IMG/VR virus record: IMGVR_UViG_3300017909_002808
Span: 1 to 30,601 of that record
From: a virus
Taxonomy: Duplodnaviria; Caudoviricetes
Length of the DNA: 30,601 nt
Direction: 5' to 3' (one strand)
In this document: positions 23,017-30,601 of the stretch, piece after piece
Layout of the letters: every line of letters starts with the position of its first letter
Numbering within the stretch: the stretch's first letter is position 1
Program-made: the position numbers and the translations under genes
Notes under the pieces: model-generated
What the model was told of the DNA's origin: nothing
The model's input: the letters and a program-made list of their open reading frames with translations, nothing else
Databases searched by the model: none

Positions 23017-24909
23017 TTACTCCGCGTCGCCCCAGTTAGCGCCAATCTCTATGTCGCATCGACTGGGAACATCTAATTCTATCGCATCTGTCATTATATT
23101 TGCAATAGAAAGCGCCTCTTCTTTTCCGGTGACAGAAACCGCTAACTCATCGTGGATTTGAATCAGCGGAATTTTACCGGTTCGGTACACGTCCACCATG
23201 GCCTGTTTAGTCATGTCTGCGGCAGAGGCCTGAATGAGGCGATTTAAGGCCTTATAAGTGTAGGCCCGCTTCAGCCGAGTCGTCTGACCGTATTGGCGCA
23301 CGGCTTCGTGATACGGCAGGGCCTTGTTCATTTCGAATGTATCGGGCTCCCAGAGATCGAAGCGGCACATGCGGCCCTTTAGGGACCGGATAGCCCCGCC
23401 ACTGTCTTTGTCGTTGAGCCTGTCGGTTACGCCGCGCATCAGCATCTTCACGAAGGGAACGCGCTCGTGATACTGATTGACCAGTTCCTTCGACTCTTCT
23501 ATCGGGATGTCCAACTGCTGGGCCATCTTACTGGCCCCCATCCCGTACATCATGCCGAGATTGATGGTCTTTGCCTGCTTGCGGCTGATCTGAGCCATTT
23601 CAGCGACCATCGTGTGGAAGTCCATCTTCGGATCTTCCCGATATCCGGTAACGAACTCCTCGACGCCGCGCAGCGGAACGCTACGAGCCTTGCCGAAGAC
23701 CGAGGCGTAATGCACCAAGATCCGTGGTTCTTGTTGCGAGAAGTCAATACTCGCCCACTGCTCCCCTTCTTCCGGTAGGAACAGCCTCCGGATCATCGGC
23801 CCGAGTTCCGGGTCTCGTGCAGGAATTTGCTGGAGATTCGGGTTATTCATCGATATCCGACCCGAGACGGTGCCCCCATCGTCGGACCTAATCTGGTTTA
23901 TATGCCCGTGAATGCGTCCGTCGTCGCCAACGTGCTTCATGATACTGCTAATGAACGTGCCCTGAATTTTGTTCAGCGCCCGTGCTTCGACCACCATCTT
24001 CGCCAGCGGGTGTTCGTGACTCGACAGGAATGCTTTCGTAAAACTGGGAGCGCCCGTCGCGGTCCTTGGGTATGACACCGAGAGTTTATCGAACGCGTCC
24101 GCCAGACTTTTGGCGGCCCAGATCTCGACGTGGTTGCCGACCAGCTTTTTGATTTCCGCCAGTGTATTCTTCTCGCGACGTATCAGCGAGTCCCGTGCCT
24201 TATCTGCCTCGTCCAAGTCTACCCGAACGCCACGAGAGGTCATGTCAATCAGACACGGCAGGAGATCATGTTCTAGGTCTACGATCCCCTGAAGGCCTTC
24301 TTGCCCGACCCTTACTTTGAAAAAGTTCCAAAGCTCCAAGGTCAATTCAGCGTCAGTCTGGGCGTAGGGCCCGACGTGCATAGCGGGCAGCTTCCACATT
24401 TCGGCCTTCGGGTCTAACCCAAACTCTCTCGCCGCGGCGATTAGCTCTTTCTCAGACTTAACCTTGTCCAGATAGTCATAAGCTACGGAGTTAAGCGCGA
24501 ACGACCGGCGGTTTTCGTCCAAAAGGCTGGCGACGACCATGGTGTCGATAATGCGCCCGTTGACCTCTATGCCGTGGGCCCGAAGCCAACCGACATCGTA
24601 CTGCGCGTTGTGGAAGATCTTATCGGCGTCCGTGGCGCAGACGCGCTTCATCCAGTTTTCGACTAGCCGACGGTCTAGATTACCGCCGCCCATATGCCCT
24701 ACTGGGTAGTAAGCGCACCACCCGTCCACGGCGACGGCGTACCCGACGACCTCACCGTTTTTGACGGGCCAGCCCGGACCCCGCTGCATGAGGTCCGGGT
24801 CGCGTGTTTCGAGGTCGATTGCAATCTGCTTTGCGCTAGACAGGTCCGGAAAGTCAGAGGGTGGAACCCACTCGCTTTTCGGCGCAAACATAGCCATTTG
24901 AAGGCTCAT
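23017..24909 (-). CDS. polA: Family A DNA polymerase (3'-5' exonuclease plus polymerase)
   Basis: ExoI IDLET, ExoII HNAQYD, ExoIII YAQTD; SGRIS…NPNLQQIP; motif A DFSQQEPR; motif B RKQAKTINLGMMYG; motif C QIHDE. Confidence 0.96.
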   Translation of the reverse strand: MSLQMAMFAPKSEWVPPSDFPDLSSAKQIAIDLETRDPDLMQRGPGWPVKNGEVVGYAVAVDGWCAYYPVGHMGGGNLDRRLVENWMKRVCATDADKIFHNAQYDVGWLRAHGIEVNGRIIDTMVVASLLDENRRSFALNSVAYDYLDKVKSEKELIAAAREFGLDPKAEMWKLPAMHVGPYAQTDAELTLELWNFFKVRVGQEGLQGIVDLEHDLLPCLIDMTSRGVRVDLDEADKARDSLIRREKNTLAEIKKLVGNHVEIWAAKSLADAFDKLSVSYPRTATGAPSFTKAFLSSHEHPLAKMVVEARALNKIQGTFISSIMKHVGDDGRIHGHINQIRSDDGGTVSGRISMNNPNLQQIPARDPELGPMIRRLFLPEEGEQWASIDFSQQEPRILVHYASVFGKARSVPLRGVEEFVTGYREDPKMDFHTMVAEMAQISRKQAKTINLGMMYGMGASKMAQQLDIPIEESKELVNQYHERVPFVKMLMRGVTDRLNDKDSGGAIRSLKGRMCRFDLWEPDTFEMNKALPYHEAVRQYGQTTRLKRAYTYKALNRLIQASAADMTKQAMVDVYRTGKIPLIQIHDELAVSVTGKEEALSIANIMTDAIELDVPSRCDIEIGANWGDAE

Positions 24910-25151
24910 TTTTTCTTCCTCGCTCGTCGCGCCGCGGGACGAGGCCTGCCCCGTCGTACGCGAGCCTTCGCTACCGCAGTTTTTTCCTCATTAGGCATTC
25001 GCCTCCGAACTGACCGAAGAAGGTCTTCGGAGATGTTCATTGCCGTGGACGTTGAGATAGGCACCATGAAGTCGAGGCCTTTTTGCTTGTCCACGATGCG
25101 GAACTTTATGGGCTCGTCAGGGCCCTCGTCGTACGGAATAATTAATGGCAA
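24906..25151 (-). CDS. Hypothetical protein with basic tail
   Basis: 81 aa, overlapping both neighbours by a few nt. Confidence 0.6.
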   Translation of the reverse strand: MPLIIPYDEGPDEPIKFRIVDKQKGLDFMVPISTSTAMNISEDLLRSVRRRMPNEEKTAVAKARVRRGRPRPAARRARKKK

Positions 25152-26710
25152 AACTGATAAGCCTCCCTAGATGATTCGGGCTCGACAAGGAAAAGGTTTT
25201 CCTTTGCACGAGTTATCCCAACATAAAACGTGCGGTGAAGGTCGTTACTGCCCGCAGTATCTTTCTCCGCCTCCCGTAAAGCAGCATAGCTACAGTCGGT
25301 ATAAAGAACGACGTTTCGGGCCTCGCCCCCTTTTGCTCCGTGAATCGTAGAGACCGTGATTCGAGGCTTATGAGCCAGTTCTTCACCCCGCCTTTCCGCC
25401 GCCTGAATGTAGGCAATCTGCCCCGCCGGAGCTTTCGTCAGAACCGTGGGCCATGGAGCGTCTTGAGAAACCAAAAGACCTTCGGACTCGGCCAGTACAT
25501 CATACCCTATTTCTTCCTCGTCATCGACATTTGGTAGGGTCTTGTATCCCCTCCGAACGCCTACGCCCACTTCCAGAAAAGAGTACATGTTTCGGGCTTT
25601 TGACCCCGTTACCTTTTCGCCTGATTGCAAAGCTTTCCAGCAAACCACGGCGTCTATCAGCTTCTGGCTGCCTTTTTTTCGACCGTGCTTAGTTTCGAAA
25701 AGATATCCGGCTTGCGATAGCAGGGTTTCAGCGTCCTCTAGCATGTAGTTGCACTGCCCTAGCACAAGCCAGTCGCTCTCCGCCATTTCGGGTAGTATCG
25801 ACTCGATACCCCTGATGTACTGAACAGAGCCGTCGATACCCTGCGGCTCGTACTTTTTAGGCAGCCGTCCTTCGACGCGAGAGACCACGCTTTCGGCTAG
25901 TTCGTGAACCTTTCTAGGAACACGCCAGCTTGTCGTTAGAATTTCTGAGGCCCCTTCTAGGCCTAAGAACTGCTCAACGTCTGCGCCTGCCCACCTGAAT
26001 ATGGCTTGATCGTCATCGCCCGCCACGATTACGCGGTTAGCGGTTTTTTCGGCAATCTTATGAACGACGTGCCATTGGAGCTTCGACAAGTCCTGCGCCT
26101 CGTCAACGAAGACTGTGTCAAAGGTTGGGCAGGTACTGTCCGCCAGTTCGATAAACAGGAGGAGCATGTCGGTAAAGTCGTATCGGCGCTCGCCTGATTT
26201 ATAATCCTCGTACGCCCTGCTCAGGTAATCAACCAAGGGCCAAGACTGGTTATGGGTGACGCCCCATTCTTCGTAAGCCTGCCGCAGAGGGATTTCTTTG
26301 ACCTTCGCCATGTTTATAAGACCCATGACCGTTTCCTTGTTAGGAAGAGCGAGACCAAAGTTTTCAGCGTCCGGGTTAGTCGCGGTCGCTTCAAACTCAA
26401 AGCCGGTCAGGTCCGTCATGTCCCTCCAGTTTTCTTTATCCATCAACTGATCGAACTTTATGCCGCTGTGCATAAAACAAAAACTGTGCAGCGTCCGAAA
26501 GTAGGGCAGATCATCAGGGCCCATATTGAGCCGTTCCAATGCCCGGTCACGAGCTTCATAGGCCGCCTTCTTCGTAAACCCGAAGTAACCGATCCGTCCG
26601 GGAGCGACGCCGCTGTCGATCAGGTCCGCGACCATGTTAATAAGGTGCGTTGTTTTGCCGGTGCCGGGCGGACCGAAAACACGCAAAAATTTAGAATGGG
26701 ATGTCATCAA
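25142..26710 (-). CDS. UvrD/Rep-like superfamily 1 helicase
   Basis: GPPGTGKT, FRTLHS, VDEAQD, AGDDDQAIF, STIHGAKGGE and YVGITRAK. Confidence 0.93.
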   Translation of the reverse strand: MMTSHSKFLRVFGPPGTGKTTHLINMVADLIDSGVAPGRIGYFGFTKKAAYEARDRALERLNMGPDDLPYFRTLHSFCFMHSGIKFDQLMDKENWRDMTDLTGFEFEATATNPDAENFGLALPNKETVMGLINMAKVKEIPLRQAYEEWGVTHNQSWPLVDYLSRAYEDYKSGERRYDFTDMLLLFIELADSTCPTFDTVFVDEAQDLSKLQWHVVHKIAEKTANRVIVAGDDDQAIFRWAGADVEQFLGLEGASEILTTSWRVPRKVHELAESVVSRVEGRLPKKYEPQGIDGSVQYIRGIESILPEMAESDWLVLGQCNYMLEDAETLLSQAGYLFETKHGRKKGSQKLIDAVVCWKALQSGEKVTGSKARNMYSFLEVGVGVRRGYKTLPNVDDEEEIGYDVLAESEGLLVSQDAPWPTVLTKAPAGQIAYIQAAERRGEELAHKPRITVSTIHGAKGGEARNVVLYTDCSYAALREAEKDTAGSNDLHRTFYVGITRAKENLFLVEPESSREAYQFCH

Positions 26711-28223
26711 CCTCTCCGGTGGTTATGGGAGATGCGACCTCGGCAGATTTTGCCAAAAACGCAGGGATCTTATAGACGCTGACTGTTTCAGTACCTACGC
26801 GAAGTTTTGAAGCTTCCCCACCAATTTCGCGAAGCCTCTGAGCCAGCTTGTGGCGCTTATACTCGAAGAATTTATTTCGTTGCAAGAAACTTTCGAGATC
26901 TCGAAGCCGAAGGTACGTAACCGAACTGGTTTCGTCCGTCCACGGCTTGCCAAGATGTATCTCGTCACGAGACTGCGCCGTTTGGTGATTGACGCAGAAA
27001 TCGCGGAGATATTCGTAGAAGATCCCCCGGGTCGATTCCTCCTCGGCCACCGGAATAACTGCGGCACTGTTGTCCCGCAACTCTCCTAGCAGAGCGGCAA
27101 TACGGTTCTCCCAGTTGTTTTTGGTGGACGACGGCGGCAGGAAGTTTATCTGCTCCATGCAAGCCTTCTGAAAGGCGGGCTGCGATAACAGCCCCTCGCT
27201 GTCCAACTCAATAGGCACACCGTTCACGTCCAAGAACCAGACCGGGGGTTGGCTGTCGTACTTCCGAAGATTTGCCATTGCTGCCGATGCCGCCCCGCCG
27301 ACGCCAAACTTTCGGGTAAGGCAGGTGGGCCGGTCGCAGTAAGCGTTTATCGGTGCGTCGTTGCACCTATAAGCGTAGTCTTTCTTCTTCAACTGGTTGA
27401 CGACTACGCCCATCTCGTTCAGTCCGAGTGGCGGATTTAGGTAGGACATGTTCCACTGCATTAGCTCGGTTTCCCAACTATCGGGGTAAGCTTTTTGCAA
27501 GTACACGCCAATATTAAAAAGGCCGTTGTTACGACCACCCTCCGCTATTTTTTGAGGCAGAAGCACCTGAAGGCACGGCGGACCATCCACCATAAAGTCG
27601 TTTTTCTTGGTTACCGACAGGGCCGCTATTTGTTCCGGAGTTTGAGCCCTGTCCGCGCAGAGTTCTAGAAACTCCTCCAGCGTCGCCGCGCTGCCGTCAA
27701 CATTGAAGGCGTGTCTCAGGCTGTCTTCGTGACCGAAATACGGCAGGTTTATCGCAGAGCCCACGTCGCCGCGCTCCACGTTAATTACTTCTTGCTTTGG
27801 GAATATCTCGGCCTCGCCCAGACCCATTGCCGAAGCGATCTTACGCAGCGCCTCTCGCACCTTTGCGGCGGGCATCCAGTCGGTGCAGAAAAGATAGCAG
27901 TGAGCGCCGCCGCTCTTACTGCGGTCTACGATCAGCGGCAGCTTCTTCTCTTCAAAAAAGTCAATCAGCTTCTTGTGGTCTAACGGATACCTGTCGATAT
28001 CGATGCACCCAAAGCGCACATTCGAGTCCGCATTCAGCAAGAAAATGCCGATGCTTGTTTCCCCATCCAGATGACCGCGGTAGTGACCCTCGGTCAGTGG
28101 CTCCCTTTTTGTTTGATACGTTGCCTCGTTCTTTCCCGAACCATTGACGGCTTTGGGCACCATTTCCAAATACACGGAATCGAGACCCTGAAAGAACGAC
28201 GCAAATTTCTTTACGTGTTCCAT
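26691..28223 (-). CDS. AEP-family primase-polymerase with PriCT-like domain
   Basis: GCIDID (DxD), RSKSGGAH, EIFPKQ…INLPY, PPCL…EGGRNN.LF, and C-terminal Cys residues. Confidence 0.85.
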   Translation of the reverse strand: MEHVKKFASFFQGLDSVYLEMVPKAVNGSGKNEATYQTKREPLTEGHYRGHLDGETSIGIFLLNADSNVRFGCIDIDRYPLDHKKLIDFFEEKKLPLIVDRSKSGGAHCYLFCTDWMPAAKVREALRKIASAMGLGEAEIFPKQEVINVERGDVGSAINLPYFGHEDSLRHAFNVDGSAATLEEFLELCADRAQTPEQIAALSVTKKNDFMVDGPPCLQVLLPQKIAEGGRNNGLFNIGVYLQKAYPDSWETELMQWNMSYLNPPLGLNEMGVVVNQLKKKDYAYRCNDAPINAYCDRPTCLTRKFGVGGAASAAMANLRKYDSQPPVWFLDVNGVPIELDSEGLLSQPAFQKACMEQINFLPPSSTKNNWENRIAALLGELRDNSAAVIPVAEEESTRGIFYEYLRDFCVNHQTAQSRDEIHLGKPWTDETSSVTYLRLRDLESFLQRNKFFEYKRHKLAQRLREIGGEASKLRVGTETVSVYKIPAFLAKSAEVASPITTGEVDDIPF

Positions 28224-28233
28224 GGCTATCCTG

Positions 28234-28259
28234 AAAAGGGGCGACCCGAGGGCCGCCCC
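28234..28259 (-). terminator. Terminator-like hairpin between the SSB and primase genes
   Basis: GGGGCGGCC-CTCG-GGTCGCCCC plus T4. Confidence 0.65.
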
Positions 28260-28265
28260 ATATGG

Positions 28266-29045
28266 TTAAAAGGGAATGTCGTCTGACCCCGCGGGAGCTT
28301 CGCCTTCGTGCTTAACGACTACGTCGCCGCTGGACACTGTGTCGGCAAAGTCTTTTGCGCGAGTGAAGAGCGCCTGCGAGTCGATCAGCCCTTCTCGGCT
28401 GATTTCCCAGCCGTGCCACGAACCCTTGCTGTTCTCTTCCGAGACCGTCTTGAGGTCGTACACGTAAGCGTAGCGAGGCGGAGAGAAGACGTTACCGTTT
28501 GCCCCCTTCTCCTGCGCTGCGGCAGCCATGGAGTTCCACTTGCGGGACTTCTTCAACTGCGTTGATTTCATCGCAATCAGTGCAGTCTCGGCAGTGCCGT
28601 CATCGTTAACGACCAGAACAAAATGCTGGTGCGTTTCTTCGATGTAGTCACCATCGCCGCCGACGACGTAGTCCTTATTATCTTCTGACGACCTCTCGGT
28701 CTTGGGCATAGCCTCGCCCGGAGAGAAAATGTTAAGGGGTGCGCCGGAGCCTTGGCCCCGCGGAGCCCACTGGATAAAGCGCTTCTGAAAAGCACACGAA
28801 ACAACCCGGATACCGTCTTTGCCTTTGTAGACCTGCCCGGTTACCGTGTTGTAGATGTCACCCTTGCGGGCATCCTCGCGCTCGTCCAGAATCGGGTCAA
28901 GCCCGCTCAGGATTTTGATAAACGGAAGAGCAAGATCGTCCTGCGTCAGGTTTTCAAGCCCTGCGCCGGACTGCTCTTCAAACATCGACATGAGATCAGC
29001 GGGTGCGACCTCCTGCTTCTTCTTAGTAGCAACTGCGTTCGCCAT
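28266..29045 (-). CDS. Putative single-stranded DNA-binding protein
   Basis: Located in the replication module. DLALPFIKIL, MKSTQLKKSRKWN and GSWHGW motifs, and an acidic C-terminus SDDIPF. Confidence 0.7.
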   Translation of the reverse strand: MANAVATKKKQEVAPADLMSMFEEQSGAGLENLTQDDLALPFIKILSGLDPILDEREDARKGDIYNTVTGQVYKGKDGIRVVSCAFQKRFIQWAPRGQGSGAPLNIFSPGEAMPKTERSSEDNKDYVVGGDGDYIEETHQHFVLVVNDDGTAETALIAMKSTQLKKSRKWNSMAAAAQEKGANGNVFSPPRYAYVYDLKTVSEENSKGSWHGWEISREGLIDSQALFTRAKDFADTVSSGDVVVKHEGEAPAGSDDIPF

Positions 29046-29047
29046 GG

Positions 29048-29635
29048 TTATTTACCTCCTTTGATGACGGCACGTTGTCCGACCCACGCTCCGAAGAGAT
29101 CTGTGGGAAATTCATCACCGTTCTCGACGCGTTCTTTAACAAAAGCTCGTAGAGTCGAGGGGTGAACTTCAGTCTTGGCTTCAGCGACATAGCCTTTTTC
29201 TTCAGCCATATCAAAAAACGCCTGCGCCTTGTTATCTTCGTTTTGTCCGAAGCTGCATGACACAGTGTTCTTGATGATGTCGCCGTAGCCGTTTTGCCTC
29301 AACCACTCGTAGACCTGCGGGCGGTCGTCTTTCTTCGGTGCGGCAGAATAAGTCTGCTTCACCGAGATTTCGGAACCGTCGTCAAGCTTGAATGATTGAA
29401 GTCCGAGTTCTGAAAACAAACCGGGCATCGCTTCGTCGGTAAGCCGTCGAAGTTCTGCCTTCTGGTCTTTCAGCTTTTGCTCGGTGGCTTCAATTTCCTG
29501 TTCTTGAAGCCGGATCTGGCGGGCGCAGTTCGACACGCTAGCCAGTGCGTTTTGCCCCAAGCGTTCAACATTTGAAGAAGCTTCCGCTTCATGCTGCTCT
29601 TCGAGGGCGTTCAGGATGTCAAATTGATCGTTCAC
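29048..29635 (-). CDS. Conserved replication-module protein (coiled-coil N-terminus)
   Basis: GTG start with AAAGGAG RBS. MP.LF.ELGL..FKLDDG, WLR.NG.GDIIK and VHPSTLRAFVKE motifs. Confidence 0.75.
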   Translation of the reverse strand: MNDQFDILNALEEQHEAEASSNVERLGQNALASVSNCARQIRLQEQEIEATEQKLKDQKAELRRLTDEAMPGLFSELGLQSFKLDDGSEISVKQTYSAAPKKDDRPQVYEWLRQNGYGDIIKNTVSCSFGQNEDNKAQAFFDMAEEKGYVAEAKTEVHPSTLRAFVKERVENGDEFPTDLFGAWVGQRAVIKGGK

Positions 29636-29678
29636 TTTTTCTCCTTTCGTGTTTCGTGAAGCGACCCCGTTTCCGGGG

Positions 29679-29718
29679 TTGACGGGTCTTACCTACTCGC
29701 TTAATTTCGCATAGTCAA
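29679..29718. promoter_or_regulatory. Overlapping divergent promoters
   Basis: Plus strand: TTGACG (29679)-17-TAATTT. Minus strand: TTGACT (29718)-17-TAGGTA. A TATGCGA box lies at 29707-29713. Confidence 0.65.
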
Positions 29719-29729
29719 CAGGAAAAAGC

Positions 29730-30601
29730 ATGGCCTATAATTTTCAGACAGAACCTTTCGCCCACCAGCTTACGGCTCTCCAAGATTCGTGGGCCGCGCA
29801 CTATCACGCGCTCTTTATGGAGATGGGAACAGGCAAGTCTAAAGTTATTGTCGATACCATGGGTAGACTTTTCGAGTCTGGCAAAATTAACGCGGCGCTG
29901 GTCGTAGCACCAAAAGGTGTCTATGACAACTGGGTTCAAAAAGAGATTCCAATTCATTTGCCCCAACGGATTGCCCGGAAGGTCGTGCGCTGGCGTCCTA
30001 CCAAGACAAAAGCTTTCGAAGAAGAGCTTTACGATCTGGTGATGAAACCGTTCGACGGTCTTAAGGTATTTGTCGTAAACGTCGAGGCGTTCAGCACGGG
30101 TCGCGGTGCAGAGGCGGCGTATGTGTTTCTCGAACAGAACCCGGACAATCTGATGGTCGTAGACGAATCGACCACCATCAAAAACCGCAAGGCCGTGCGG
30201 ACAAAGAACGTGGTTAAAGCTCGACAGATATCCAAATACCGTCGTATCCTAACCGGTTCACCCATTACAAAAAGTCCGATGGACTTGTTTTCGCAATGCG
30301 ATTTTTTGGATCCCTCAGCACTGGGCATCCGGTCGTACTATGCTTTTCAGAATCGCTACGCGCTTGTTCAGCGTCGCCAGATGGGACACAAATCTTTTCA
30401 AGAAATTGTCGGCTATCGTCGGCTGGATGAATTGACCGACAAGCTGGACAAGTTTGCGACACGGACGCTGAAGGAAGACTGCCTCGACCTGCCGGACAAG
30501 CTGTACATCCGTCGTCAGGTGCCGCTGACCAAGGAGCAGCAAAAACTCTACGATCAGATGAAGAAGCTGGCGCTTGCTGCTTTGAACGACACCAGCATAG
30601 C
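29730..30601 (+). CDS. SNF2-family (SF2) helicase, runs off the right edge
   Basis: Hand-translated, absent from the track because it has no stop: MAYNFQTEPFAHQ…LFMEMGTGKS…VVAPK…VDESTTIKN…ILTGSP…DLFSQ…KEDCLDLP. Confidence 0.92.
   Translation, partial: MAYNFQTEPFAHQLTALQDSWAAHYHALFMEMGTGKSKVIVDTMGRLFESGKINAALVVAPKGVYDNWVQKEIPIHLPQRIARKVVRWRPTKTKAFEEELYDLVMKPFDGLKVFVVNVEAFSTGRGAEAAYVFLEQNPDNLMVVDESTTIKNRKAVRTKNVVKARQISKYRRILTGSPITKSPMDLFSQCDFLDPSALGIRSYYAFQNRYALVQRRQMGHKSFQEIVGYRRLDELTDKLDKFATRTLKEDCLDLPDKLYIRRQVPLTKEQQKLYDQMKKLALAALNDTSI

Noticed and set aside
29715-30542. Minus-strand ORFs at the right end
   Set aside because: They are antisense to the SNF2 helicase that starts at 29730 on the plus strand.
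1-30601. Genome-wide stop-codon reassignment
   Set aside because: TAA, TAG and TGA all terminate well-defined genes, often with stop-start overlaps, and no other long gene is broken.

Overview
This is a 30.6-kb segment of a tailed dsDNA phage genome. The host is probably a marine proteobacterium, and alphaproteobacterial is my inference. Almost all genes lie on the minus strand. From right to left: (1) a SNF2-type helicase on the plus strand, partial, transcribed divergently from the rest; (2) a replication module with an SSB-like protein, AEP primase-polymerase, UvrD-like SF1 helicase and family A DNA polymerase (Leu762 type); (3) an accessory block with a SleB-type cell wall hydrolase, four 2OG-Fe(II) oxygenases, a DUF6817-like protein, Zn-finger, RHH and micro-peptide genes, and a structured ncRNA candidate; (4) a promoter with a boxA antitermination site and an origin-like symmetric element; (5) terminase small subunit overlapping a VRR-NUC-like nuclease; (6) about 4.5 kb of GC-richer small-gene cassettes separated by repeated terminator-promoter-RBS units; (7) a GC-rich spacer and a perfect chromosomal parS palindrome directly upstream of the terminase large subunit; (8) a HExxH protein, a translationally coupled trio of exported or membrane proteins, a portal gene interrupted by one in-frame TAA, and holin-like genes. 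The leading novelty candidates are the parS site at terL, the exported three-gene cassette, a boxA plus long-range RNA pairing switch, a pseudoknot-rich ncRNA with a tRNA-Leu-like arm, and a window-wide TATG(C/G/A)GA operator motif. No integrase, CRISPR array or canonical tRNA was seen. All family assignments come from motif recognition by eye, not from database searches.
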